Shown here: one piece after another, positions 49,505-62,186 of the stretch
Numbering within the stretch: the stretch's first letter is position 1
Layout: the number at the start of each line of letters is the position of its first letter
Source: Octopus vulgaris
Taxonomy: Eukaryota
NCBI GenBank assembly: GCA_951406725.2
Contig: OX597840.1
Location: forward strand, 12,028,001-12,092,000
Length of the DNA stretch: 64,000 bases
Direction: 5' to 3'
The notes under the pieces: model-generated
Database searches by the model: none
What the model saw: the letters and a program-made list of their open reading frames with translations, nothing else
Told to the model about the DNA's origin: nothing
Translations under genes and position numbers: made by a program

Positions 49505-52500
49505 ATGTAGGATAACAAATAAGAGAACATTCAAAAGTCACTGGTAGCAGAGATTCTGGTGTGATCGACATTCTTGTATTTCAGGCAAAGGTACAGACAT
49601 TATGAGTGCAAAAGCAAAGTTATCACAATGTAAGCTCAATGTCAGAGAAAGATGTGTAGGTGTGCGGGATGACGATACAAATACTACAGTCTTTGGGTCA
49701 GAAAGCTGCGGGAAAAGTCAAGAAGTATCAAGAAAACTAATCACTCAGTAATTGATAATTAAAACTTATTTCCCTTCTCTTGTATTGTGAGGGAAAACCA
49801 ATTAAAGATGTAATAAGGCTGTTATGAAATTAAATATTTAATCATCAAGATGATAAAACATCGAACCTGAAACTTGGAAGTCTCCCTCTCTCATCCACAA
49901 ACATTAATATTCATTTTGACACGAGATAATTACCAATCGATGCAATTAAATTAATTAATCTGATTCTACTGATACAAAAAAGCCGGTGTTGTTGATAATT
50001 TTCCCCTTGACTTAGTAACACCGGTGCCGTAGTTTAAATGTCCCTATTGTAATTTAATACATACTTCTTTTCTATTGTGTCTGGGGAGAGTCATTTTCTT
50101 TTTGGGCCTTATAATTTAACACACACACCGGGAAAATTTCGGATATTTTCGGTTTGAACGGCAGTTTTTTTTAACAGTGTCACATGAAATTGTCACCCAT
50201 AATTATGACCCTAGTATTGATCTATTGCATTTCAATTTCTTTTAGGTGTGGGGGGAAGGGTATCTTTTTTCCTTCACAAATGTAAATAAACCCAATCTGT
50301 TTCTTAAACGAGGCACAGAATGTTTTTTTTACCTCAATGGACGTCATTGATTGGTTGAAATTGCAGAAATTGAAGGGGAAAAAACAACAAATATCTTATA
50401 AACCATAGAATTTTCTCAATAAAGCCAAGAGAAAAAGATGTTTTATAAAGACATTCTACCAGTATACGAAGTTTAAAAGTGTTTAGAGACGTGGAAATTA
50501 TTTTTAAAAACTGCCGGTCAAACCGAAATGGTCCGAAAAAAAATACCCTTCCCCTAACCCTAACCCTTCCCCCTAACCCTAAAACAGATTGAAATGCAAT
50601 AGATCGATACTAGGGCAATAATTATGGGTGACAGTTTCATGTGACTCCGCTAGAAATATCTGCCGTTCCAACCGAAAAGATCCAAATTATTTGTTGACGA
50701 AATAAGTAGAAAAATACGGAGATAATGATTCTAAAAGAATTGTTTGTAAAATTTCAATTTTTCAAAAAAAATAATAATAAACACCCCTCCCACTCCCTAT
50801 GACAGAAAGGGAAATTTCCCTCAACCCTTTTTTTTTTTCTTTGCCGGAGGGAAAAAGAATGAAAACGTGTTTTGTGGGGTTTCAAAATCTTCAATTTTTA
50901 AGTATGCCCCAACCGGAAATCTGACAAGCTAGAAACAACAGCCAAACCGAGGATCAACTTTCTAAATACGAATTACCAAAAAAGAAAAAAAATTTTTTAA
51001 TGTCATTTTCTTGTGTGTGTGTGTGTGTGTGTGCAAAAAATCTAATTTTTACATACCTCTCTTAATTTCAAAAGACCCTCAACCACAACATTTTGGATTA
51101 TGTTCGCCATGAAACATTAAAAAAGAAATTTCATTTCGTGTCATAGGGAGGAGGGGAGGGGTGTTTATTTATTTATTTATTTAATTATTTTGAAAAATTG
51201 AAATTTTACAAATTTTTTTTTTCTTCAGTATCATAATCTCCGAATTTTTCTACGTATTTTGCCCCCCCCCCCCCCCACACACACACACTTACCCAATTTT
51301 TTTAAAGGGAAAATTTAAGAAATGGCTGGGGGGAGGGATTTAAAATTTTGAAATGCCTTTTTTTTTTCTTGTGTAGATTCGGAATCTCCTCCATCGATCT
51401 AGTGTGTTCCTTTAAAAAAAGAAATCTTAAAAATCCCAAAGGGGGTGGTTTAGTGGTGGTGGTGGTGGTGGTGGTGGTGGTGGTGGTGGTGGTTGGTGAA
51501 GCTATGTCGCTTTGAGTTTTGTTACTGCTGAATGCATATTGGTCGAAAAGCAAAACTACATTAGAAAAATATTTTGCCTCCAGCTGTAAAATGCATCAGA
51601 AGGGTCATATAGAATAAGTACTAGGCTTACTCTCTCTCCCTTTTACTTTTTTACTTGTTTCAGTCATTTGACTGCGGCCATGCTGGAGCACCGCCTTTAA
51701 TCGAGCAACTCAACCCCGGGACTTATTCTTTTGTAAGCCCAGTACTTATTCCATCGGTCTCTTTTGCCAAACCGCTAAGTGACAGGGACGTAAGCACACC
51801 AGCATCGGTTGTCAAGAAATGCTAGGGGGACAAACACAGACACACAAACACACACACTCATATATATATATATATACATATATACGATGGGCTTCTTTCA
51901 GTTTCCATCTACCAAATCCACTCACAAGGCTTTGGTCGGCCCAAGGCTATAGTAGAAGACACTTGCCCAAGGTGCCACACAGTGGGACTGAACCTGGAAC
52001 CATGTGGTTAGTAAACAAGCTACTTACCACACAGCCACTCCTGCGCTTAAGAAGTTCGGCAAAAAGAGACCAATAGAATAAGTACTAGTCTTTAAAAAAA
52101 ATAAGTCCTGGGGTTGATTTGTTCAACTAAAACCCTTCGAGGTGGTGCTCCAGCATGGCCACAGTCAAATGACTGAAACCAGTAAAAGAATAAAAGAAAA
52201 GATAAATTATATAATACACAGATTTCAAAAATAAATAGACACCCTACGTGATACCTTTTTGTCGATGTGGGCCCTACCTGGTACTTTAAACTTATCAATG
52301 TATCATGCATAAGTATGTCTACTAAATACTTATTTCTTGACTACCCACATGGGGCTAAACACAGAGGGGACAAACAAGGACAGACAAACGGATTTTTTTG
52401 TACAACAGGGGTTGCCACCAGCCCCTGCCGGAGCCTCGTGGAGCTTTAGGTGTTTTTGCTCAATAAACACATACAACACCCAGTCTGGGAATCGAAACCA

Positions 52501-54234
52501 CAATCCTCCAACCGCGAGTCCACTGCCCTAACCACTGGGCCATTGCACCTCCACTAAATATTAGATTAAGTATTTAAATGCAGAGAAGACCTGTCAAGCC
52601 ATGACAGAAGACCTGTCATGGCCATCCATACATACAGGCATGTCTTTTATGGTCCTAATTCCCCCTTCTTCTCGCACCCATGCATAATTCTGTCCTCTGG
52701 CGAAACCCACCCACAACAGGGCCCCTCCTGTTCCGCTTGCCATCACTTGCTATCTCTAAGTATCTCCACTCTCACTCTTATGGAATAGCTCGTCCATCCC
52801 CTCTGTACTGCTTTTCCTCCCACCGTCAATGTTCTCTGTGGATATGCCCTCTCCCTTTCTCTCTCCCACCTCCTTTCCCTTCCTTGTCTGTCCAACTGGG
52901 TTGCCGAGTATTTCTTCTGTAGTAAGACAGTTATCCCTATCCTTCTTATTCTTTATTGCCACCTGTGCCAGTGGCACATAAAAAGCACCATCCGAACGTT
53001 GCCAGCGCCGTCTTGGCTGGCTTCCATGCCACTGGCACGTTAAAAGCTCCAACCGATCGTGGCCGATGCCGGACCCCCCTGGCACCTGTGCAGGTGGCAC
53101 GTAAAAAGCACCCACTACACTCGCGGATGGTTGGCGTTAGGAAGGACATCCAGCCGTAGAAACTCTGCCAGATCAGACTGGAGCCTGGAGCACCCCTGGC
53201 TTCCCAGACCCCGGTCGAACCGTCCAACCCATGCTAGCATGGAAAACGGACGTTAAACGATGATGATGATGATGATGATGTAGTGTGATGGATGAAGAGG
53301 ACAACAGAAGGAGAAGGAGAAAGAAATACAAACAGGTCTTACCTCGGCGAAGATCAGAGGTCTCTTACAAATTCGACACGTCCTGTCGCTTCCTCGTCTA
53401 TGCTCGAATTGCCTGCTTCCTCAATCACCACACGTGCGTCCCGCTTGACCGCTTCCGCTTCCCCCCGCACATGCGCCCTCCAGTCTTCCACCGGCCCCTG
53501 CAAGCCCTACTTCAGCCCACCTCATCTGTCGTCCACTCCATCAACACCACAGCCCACAAGGGGATAAACATAGAGGGGACAAACAAGGACAGACAAAGGG
53601 ATTAAGTCGATTAAATCAACCCCAGTATGTAACTGGTACTTAATTTATCAACCCCCAAAAGGATGAAAGGCAAACTTGACCTTGGCAGAATTTGAACTCA
53701 GAACGTAACGGCAGACAAAATACTTATTTCTTTACTACCCACAAGGGGCTAAACACAGAGGGGACAAACAAGGACAGACAAACTGATTAAGTCGATTACA
53801 TCAACCCCAGTATGTAACTGGTACTTAATTTATCGACCCCAAAAGGATGAAAGGCAAAGTCGACCTTAGCGGAATTTGAACTCAGAACGTAACGGCAGAC
53901 AAAATACCACTAAGCATTTCACCCTGCATGCTAACGTTTCTGCCAGCTCACCACCTTCTATCCCTGTCCTTCTCTCATACTCCAACCACTCATCTAGCAC
54001 ATGGCTGCTCCTCTCAGCTTAGATGGACTTGTCTAGCAAGCTATTTGGTGACTCTGTGGGTGCTGGTACAATGTAAAAAGCACCCGTGGTCACCCATGTG
54101 AAAATCACCCATAATTTCCCATAATGATGTCACTGTGACAGTGGTGGTGACAATGATGTCAGTGTAGACGGATCTGAAGTGGAGAAGCAGGACTTGAGTT
54201 CTACTCATTATCCAGGAATAGTTAACCATAGAGG

Positions 54235-54870
54235 AATCCATAAACTTATATTTCGTTTTTGGATTTGGTTTGCAAGATTCTTTATATGAGTTCGTGTATT
54301 GAAGCATATTCTGTTGTGTCTGGGGAGAGTCATTTTCTTTTTGTGCCTTATAATCTAACACACTCACCGGAAAAATTTCCGCTTATTTCTTATTTTTATT
54401 TTCCTAAAATTTTTGTTGCGTCTTGCAACCTTTTCAATAGTCTTGACTATTGAAGTGCAAATTTTACCGGTGAGTGTGTTACATTATAAGGCACAGAAAG
54501 AAAATGACTCTCCCGAGACACAACAGAATATGCTTCAACACACAAACTCATATAAAGAATCTTGCAAACCAAATCCCAAAACGAAATATATATATATATA
54601 TAAATAAATATACACTGTTGTGTCTGGGGAGAGTCATTTTCTTTTTGTGCCTTATAATGTAACACACTCACCGGTAAAATTTCCACTTTTTTCTTATTTT
54701 TATTTTCCTAAAATTTTTGTTGCGTCTTGCAACCTTTTCAATAGTCTTGACTCTGTCCATTTTAGGAAAATAAAAATAAGAAATAAGTGGAAATTTTACC
54801 GGTGAGTGTGTTACATTATAAGGCACACAAAGAAAATGACTCTCCCCAGACACAACAGAATCCATAAACT
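54235..54870. repeat. Alternating forward/reverse copies of one repeat (double foldback); the family also occurs at ~31790-32055 and 50075-50135
   Basis: TGTGTCTGGGGAGAGTCATTTTCT...CTCACCGG occurs forward at ~54315 and ~54620 and reversed at ~54465-54525 and ~54797-54855. Confidence 0.8.
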
Positions 54871-55888
54871 GTAATTGTTTTAACCCTAACTCTGTCCTAA
54901 TCAAGTATATAAGGGGGGGGTGCTGAAAAGTTCCTGGCTTTGGGTTCAAGAAAATACAGGAGGATCAGTTAATTATGATTTTATTTAACATCGCTGACGT
55001 GGCTGATGACAGTACCTATTTCTTTATTACCTACAAGGGGCTAAACATAGAGGGGACAAACAAGGACAGACATAGGTATTAAGTTGATTACATCAACCCC
55101 AGTGCGTAACTGGTACTTAATTTATCGACCCCAAAAGGATGAAAGGCAAAGTCAACCTCGCCGGAATTTGAACTCAGAACATAACAACAGGGGAAATACC
55201 GCTAAGCATTTCGTCCGGTGCGTTAACGTTTCTGCCAGCTCGCCGCCCCGATGACAGTACCACCTGATTGGCACTTGTGCCAGTGAAATGTTTAAAGCAT
55301 ATCCGAGTGTGATCGTTGCCAGGGCCACAGATTGGCTCCCATACTGGTGACACATAAAAAGCACCATTCGAGCATGGTTGTTGCCAGCATCACCTTACTG
55401 GCACAACATTCAAGCGTGGTCGTTGCCAGTGCCGCCGGAGTGGCTCCCATGTCGGTAGCACGTAAAAACACCTCATGAGAATGGTTGATGCCTGAACTGC
55501 CTGACTTGCCCTTGTGCTGGTGGCACGTAAAAAGCACCCTTGGAGTGATTGGCATTAGGAAGGGCATCCAGCCGTAGAAACTTTGCCAGATCAAATTGAT
55601 CCTGGTGCAGCCTCTGGCTCACCAGTCCTCAGTCAAACCGTCCAACCCATGCCAGCATGGAAAGCAGACGTTAAACGATGATGATGATGATGATTTCCCT
55701 CTCAGAGTCACACACTTATTGCAGGGAGCTTTCAGTTTTTCTAAGCCCTGTAAAAGAGCTTGGAATGTTGGGCCTCCAACCTGCCCTTTCGCAATACCCT
55801 TAAAGCCAGGAACTTTTCAGCACCCCTTCATATCTATAATCAGGGATGTCCCCAAGTATGATCATGTCTATTTTTAATTTAATTAAAA

Positions 55889-56130
55889 AGGCGGCGTGCT
55901 GGCAGACTCGTTAGCGCGCCGGGCGAAATGCTTAGGGGTATTTCGTCTGTCGTTACGTTCTGAGTTCAAATTCCGCCAAGGTCGACTTTACCTTTCATCC
56001 TTTCGGGGTCGATAAATAAAGTACCAGTTTCGCACTGGGTGGGGGGGGGGGTCAATGTAATCGACTTCATCCCTTTGTCTGTCCTTGTTTGTCCCCTCTA
56101 TGTTTAGCCCCTTGTGGGCAATAAAGAAAT
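55889..56130 (+). mobile_element. SINE family 3, representative copy; others at ~12800-13050(-), 20240-20460, 28360-28540(-), 35997-36145, 40673-40816, 42180-42660, 53552-53957(-), 55016-55248(-)
   Basis: Shared GGCGGCG(A/T)GCTGGCAGA...GAGTTCAAATTCC (B-box-like)...GTCGACTTTGCCTTTCATCC...TAAAGAAAT. The copy at 35997-36145 is flanked by a 16-bp direct repeat AGGTATTACATGGTAA. Confidence 0.85.
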
Positions 56131-56324
56131 ATATTTTTAATTTAATTTTCAAATCCGTCTTTCCCTTTTTTTAAGACGGTAGGATATGATGTAAAAGAGA
56201 TTTTGCTGCTAAGTCTTGGTAGTCAAGTAGAGTCTCCTATGTTTGCTGTAGAAGATAGATTTTGTTAGTTAGGTAAAACCTAACTAGTAGTAGTTGGTTA
56301 TCGTTAGGTAGCTAGATATAGACA

Positions 56325-56530
56325 ATAGCACTGGTTTGGTCATGTCATGCAGATGGATGCTGACAGCTCCATAAAGAAGTTCCGGTCTCTCAAAGAGGAT
56401 GGAACACATAGAAGTGAGAAACCCAGGAAGACATGGGATGAATTACTGAAAAACGACCTCAGGAAACTGAACTTTTCAGATGAGATGGCAAAGGAACTAG
56501 GTACCTGGCACCTGGCACATACCCTGTAGT
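56325..56530 (+). mobile_element. RTE-clade LINE ORF C-terminal fragment
   Basis: WFGHVMQMD...R..KPRKTWDELLKNDL, matching the WFGHV.RM...GRP..TW...D RTE signature. Confidence 0.7.
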
Positions 56531-57317
56531 AGAGGTGTTAAGACTGATTCTGCTGGTGATGTAAAGCACTTGTGGCAGTGCAACGTAAAAGCAGCCATGC
56601 AGTGCCACATAAAAGCACCAATTGGTTGGCATTCGGAAGGACATGCAGCTGTAGAAACCATGCCAAATCAGACTGGAGTTTGGTGCAGCTCCCCAGCTGG
56701 TCAAACTGACCTATTTTCCATTACATTTAAGACAGATTCAACATGGAGGAACTGAAACAGAAATTTCATTATAGCAAATATTCTGCTCAATACCACAGAT
56801 TTGCTTTTCAGTTATTTGACCTTAACCACTTGGGCATGTCCCTCAGTGGTTGACAATATGTGCATCTCTGATCATGAGCAGGAGAGCATTATAGCCATGT
56901 GTTGAGAGAGATTCTTTGGGGTTTGATTATAGGTAACAAAAGCAAATTTTGAAAGAAATATTAGTCATTTTTCATAATTTCAAGGGGTGAGCAAATAGGA
57001 AATAACAGTTGCTACCCAAGGACAAAAATCATGTTGCAGAGTATTATTTGGGGTCAAGATTTTCATTGTGCCAACTGCAAACTGGTCACTGGCGCAATTC
57101 CACTGCATTTCATACTCTTTTACTTGTTTCAGTCATTTGACTGCGGCCATGCTGGAGCACTGCCTTTAGTCGAGCAAATCGACCCCGGGACTTATTCTTT
57201 GTAAGCCCAGTACTTATTCTATCGGTCTCTTTTGCCAAATCGCTAGGTGACGGGGACGTAAACACACCAGCATCCGTTGTCAAGCAATGCTAGGGGGACA
57301 AACACAAACACACAAAC

Positions 57318-57348
<31 letters not shown>

Positions 57349-57795
57349 CATACATATATATATATATATACATACATATATACGACAGGCTTCTTTCAGT
57401 TTCCGTCTACCAAATCCACTCACAAGGCATTGGTCGGCCCTGGGCTATAGCAGAAGACACTTGCCCAAGATGCCACACAGTGGGACTGAACCCGGAAACA
57501 TGTGGTTGGTTAGCAAGCTACTTACCACACAGCCACTCCTGTGCCTCTTTAACATTTGATTTCACAACAAAGATGCTTCATATTTCACAGTTAAAACGCT
57601 TCCTTCTTGTGCGTATTATGCTTTTTAAACTGTTCATTATCAGGCATGGCTGTGTTGTAAGTAGCTTGCTTACCAACCACATGGTTCCAGGTTCAGTCCC
57701 ACTGTGTGGCACTTTGGGCAAGTGTCTTCTACTAGAGGCTTGAGCTGACTAAAGCTTTGAGTGGATTTGGTAGATGGAAACTGAAAGAAGCCCAT

Positions 57796-58000
57796 CATAT
57801 ATATATATATATATATAGATAGATAGATAGATATATATATAGAGAGATAGATAGATAGATAGATATAGATAGATAGATAGATATATATATATATATATAG
57901 ATATAGATAGATAGATATATATATATATATATAGATATAGATAGATATATATATATATATATATATAGATATAGATAGATATATAGATATAGATAGATAG

Positions 58001-58063
<63 letters not shown>

Positions 58064-58070
58064 TAGATAT
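57796..58070. repeat. Compound (TA)n/(GATA)n/(GA)n microsatellite expanded inside a SINE
   Basis: Directly visible simple repeats; another (GATA)n tract lies at 63765-63873. Confidence 0.9.
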
Positions 58071-59040
58071 TGATGTGTGCAAGTCTTTGTTTCTGTATTT
58101 GTCCCCCCCCCCTCACCACCTGACAACTGGTGTTGGTGTGTTTACATTCTCATAACTTCGTTCAGCAAAAGAGGCTGATAGAATAAATATTTGGTTGGTG
58201 TATAATTACTGCAGCTTTTTTCAACAAAAACAATAACATGTAACAAAAACATCTTTAAATGATTATTCCGGAGCATATTGTCTCAGTCTTAGACGCAGCA
58301 AATGATTTTAGCTCAATAGAGGCTATTGATAGGTTAAAATTCGAAAAATTAAACTACGTTAAACTTACAAATTACAATTTTCTTAAGAAAGCCAAGAGAA
58401 AAAATGTTTTATTTTGACACATTCTACCAGTATACGAAGTTTAAAAGTGTTTAGTTAACTAGAAATTGTGTTGAAAACTGCCGTTCAAAAGGAAAAGATC
58501 CATTGATTTTAACACAGAAGTAAACAACGAGACACACGGATGCGTGCTACTTGCTGTAAATGGATCGAGGTTAACCATGTAATACAAAAAGAAAATTGTA
58601 GATAAAATAAATATAAAAGTGAACAATAATCATTGAATACTGAAAAAAAACATTCATCTCCCCTAACCCTTAATAAAATATGGGCAAAGATGGAGATGAA
58701 TGTTTTGAAAACATTCTGAACTATTTTTCAGAATGGTTTACTTTTCAATGAAATATCATTTTGTTATTTTTCATGTTTTTATTCAATTTATCTGCAATTT
58801 TCTTCTTGTATTAGATGGATAACCCACCCTCCATTTACAGCAAGTAGCGCACGTCGCATTTACCTGTGTGCTAAAATCGACTACTTATGACTAACGCACT
58901 CGCATGCGCAAATATGTGACATGCACACTCCCAGACCTCGAATCTACACTTCAACAGTAGTGCCAAATTTTGGAACTGGGTTTGCACCCCCTAAGAAAAT
59001 TTTGTTCCCGGGCCACTGTACAGATGCTTACATTTTTAAT

Positions 59041-62000
59041 GTTTTCTGTGAATTTTTCATGGGTCCAGCTAGTATGTATAAATATATTTTGAAGAATTGG
59101 AAAATTCCACCTATTCCTGTTTTCTGTGAATTCTTCACGGGTCCAGCTAGTATGTATAAATATATTTTGAAGAATTGGAAAATTCCACCTATTCCTGTTT
59201 TCTGTGAATTTTTCACGGGTCCAGCAAGTATGTATAAATATATTTTGAAGATTTGGAAAATTCTGCCTATTCCTATTTTCTGTGAATTTTTCATGGGTCC
59301 AGCTAGTATGTATAAATATATTTTGAAGAATTGGAAAATTTCACCTATTCCTGTTTTCTGTGAATTTTTCACGGGTCCAGCTAGTATGTATAAATATATT
59401 TTGAAGAATTGGAAAATTCCACCTATTCCCGTTTTCTGTGAATTTTTCACGGGTCCAGCTAGTATGTATAAATATATTTTGAAGAATTGGAAAATTCCAC
59501 CTATTCCTGTTTTCTGTGAATTTTTCACAGGTCCAGCTAGTATGTGTAAATATATTTTGAAGAATTGGAAAATTCCACCTATTCCTGTTTTCTGTGAATT
59601 TTTCACGGGTCCAGCTAGTATGTATAAATATATTTTGAAGAATTGGAAAATTCTGCCTATTCCTATTTTCTGTGAATTTTTCATGGGTCCAGCTAGTATG
59701 TATAAATATATTTTGAAGAATTGGAAAATTTCACCTATTCCTGTTTTCTGTGAATTTTTCACGGGTCCAGCTAGTATGTATAAATATATTTTGAAGAATT
59801 GGAAAATTCCACCTATTCCTGTTTTCTGTGAATTTTTCACGGGTCCAGCTAGTATGTATAAATATATTTTGAAGAATTGGAAAATTCCGCCTATTCCTAT
59901 TATCTGTGAATTTTTCATGGGTCCAGCTAGTATGTATAAATATATTTTGAAGAATTGGAAAATTCCACCTATTCCTGTTTTCTGTGAATTTTTCACGGGT
60001 CCAGCTAGTATGTATAAATATATTTTGAAGAATTGGAAAATTCCACCTATTCCTGTTTTCTGTGAATTCTTCACGGGTCCAGCTAGTATGTATAAATATA
60101 TTTTGAAGAATTGGAAAATTCCACCTATTCCTGTTTTCCGTGAATTTTTCACGGGTCCAGCTAGTATGTATAAATATATTTTGAAGAATTGGAAAATTCC
60201 ACCTATTCCTGTTTTCTGTGAATTTTTCAAGGGTCCAGCTAGTATGTATAAATATATTTTGAAGAATTGGAAAATTCTGCTTATTCCTATTTTCTGTGAA
60301 TTTTTCATGGGTCCAGCTAGTATGTATAAATATATTTTGAAGAATTGGAAAATTCCACCTATTCCTGTTTTCTGTGAATTTTTCACGGGTCCAGCTAGTA
60401 TGTATAAATATATTTTGAAGAATTGGAAAATTCCACCTATTCCTGTTTTCTGTGAATTTTTCACGGGTCCAGCTAGTATGTATAAATATATTTTGAAGAA
60501 TTGGAAAATTCCACCTATTCCTGTTTTCTGTGAATTTTTCACGGGTCCAGCTAGTATGTATAAATATATTTTGAAGAATTGGAAAATTCCACCTATTCCT
60601 GTTTTCTGTGAATTCTTCACGGGTCCAGCTAGTATGTATAAATATATTTTGAAGAATTGGAAAATTCCACCTATTCCTGTTTTCTGTGAATTTTTCACGG
60701 GTCCAGCTAGTATGTATAAATATATTTTGAAGAATTGGAAAATTCCACCTATTCCTATTTTCTGTGAATTTTTCATGGGTCCAGCTAGTATGTATAAATA
60801 TATTTTGAAGAATTGGAAAATTTCACCTATTCCTGTTTTCTGTGAATTTTTCACGGGTCCAGCTAGTATGTATAAATATATTTTGAAGAATTGGAAAATT
60901 CCACCTATTCCTGTTTTCTGTGAATTTTTCAAGGGTCCAGCTAGTATGTATAAATATATTTTGAAGAATTGGAAAATTCCACCTATTCCTGTTTTCCGTG
61001 AATTTTTCACGGGTCCAGCTAGTATGTATAAATATATTTTGAAGAATTGGAAAATTCCACCTATGTCCAGCTAGTATGTATAAATATATTTTGAAGAATT
61101 GGAAAATTCTGCTTATTCCTATTTTCTGTGAATTTTTCATGGGTCCAGCTAGTATGTATAAATATATTTTGAAGAATTGGAAAATTCCACCTATTCCTGT
61201 TTTCTGTGAATTTTTCACGGGTCCAGCTAGTATGTATAAATATATTTTGAAGAATTGGAAAATTCCACCTATTCCTGTTTTCTGTGAATTTTTCACGGGT
61301 CCAGCTAGTATGTATAAATATATTTTGAAGAATTGGAAAATTCCACCTATTCCTGTTTTCTGTGAATTTTTCACGGGTCCAGCTAGTATGTATAAATATA
61401 TTTTGAAGAATTGGAAAATTCCACCTATTCCTGTTTTCTGTGAATTCTTCACGGGTCCAGCTAGTATGTATAAATATATTTTGAAGAATTGGAAAATTCC
61501 ACCTATTCCTGTTTTCTGTGAATTTTTCACGGGTCCAGCTAGTATGTATAAATATATTTTGAAGAATTGGAAAATTCCACCTATTCCTATTTTCTGTGAA
61601 TTTTTCATGGGTCCAGCTAGTATGTATAAATATATTTTGAAGAATTGGAAAATTTCACCTATTCCTGTTTTCTGTGAATTTTTCACGGGTCCAGCTAGTA
61701 TGTATAAATATATTTTGAAGAATTGGAAAATTCCACCTATTCCTGTTTTCTGTGAATTTTTCAAGGGTCCAGCTAGTATGTATAAATATATTTTGAAGAA
61801 TTGGAAAATTCCACCTATTCCTGTTTTCCGTGAATTTTTCACGGGTCCAGCTAGTATGTATAAATATATTTTGAAGAATTGGAAAATTCCACCTATGTCC
61901 AGCTAGTATGTATAAATATATTTTGAAGAATTGGAAAATTCCACCTATTCCTGTTTTCTGTGAATTTTTCACGGGTCCAGCTAGTATGTATAAATATATT

Positions 62001-62186
62001 TTGAAGAATTGGAAAATTCCACCTATTCCTGTTTTCTGTGATTTTTCACGGGTCCAGCTAGTATGTATAAATATATTTTGAAGAATTGGAAAATTCCACC
62101 TATTCCTGTTTTCTGTGAATTTTTCACGGGTCCAGCTAGTATGTATAAATATATTTTGAAGAATTGGAAAATTCCACCTATTCCTG
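59041..62186. repeat. Tandem satellite, 78-bp unit, ~40 copies
   Basis: Unit GTTTTCTGTGAATTTTTCACGGGTCCAGCTAGTATGTATAAATATATTTTGAAGAATTGGAAAATTCCACCTATTCCT; units differ at only a few positions, and two carry the same 26-bp deletion. Confidence 0.97.

Noticed and set aside
58921-61972. Long ORFs (717, 660, 339 and 276 aa) over the satellite as real protein genes
   Set aside because: They follow from a 78-bp unit that happens to lack stops. They are open on both strands, have no recognisable domain, and are broken by frameshifting 26-bp deletions.
59041-62186. CRISPR-like array
   Set aside because: The units are head-to-tail with no unique spacers, there are no cas genes, and the context is eukaryotic.
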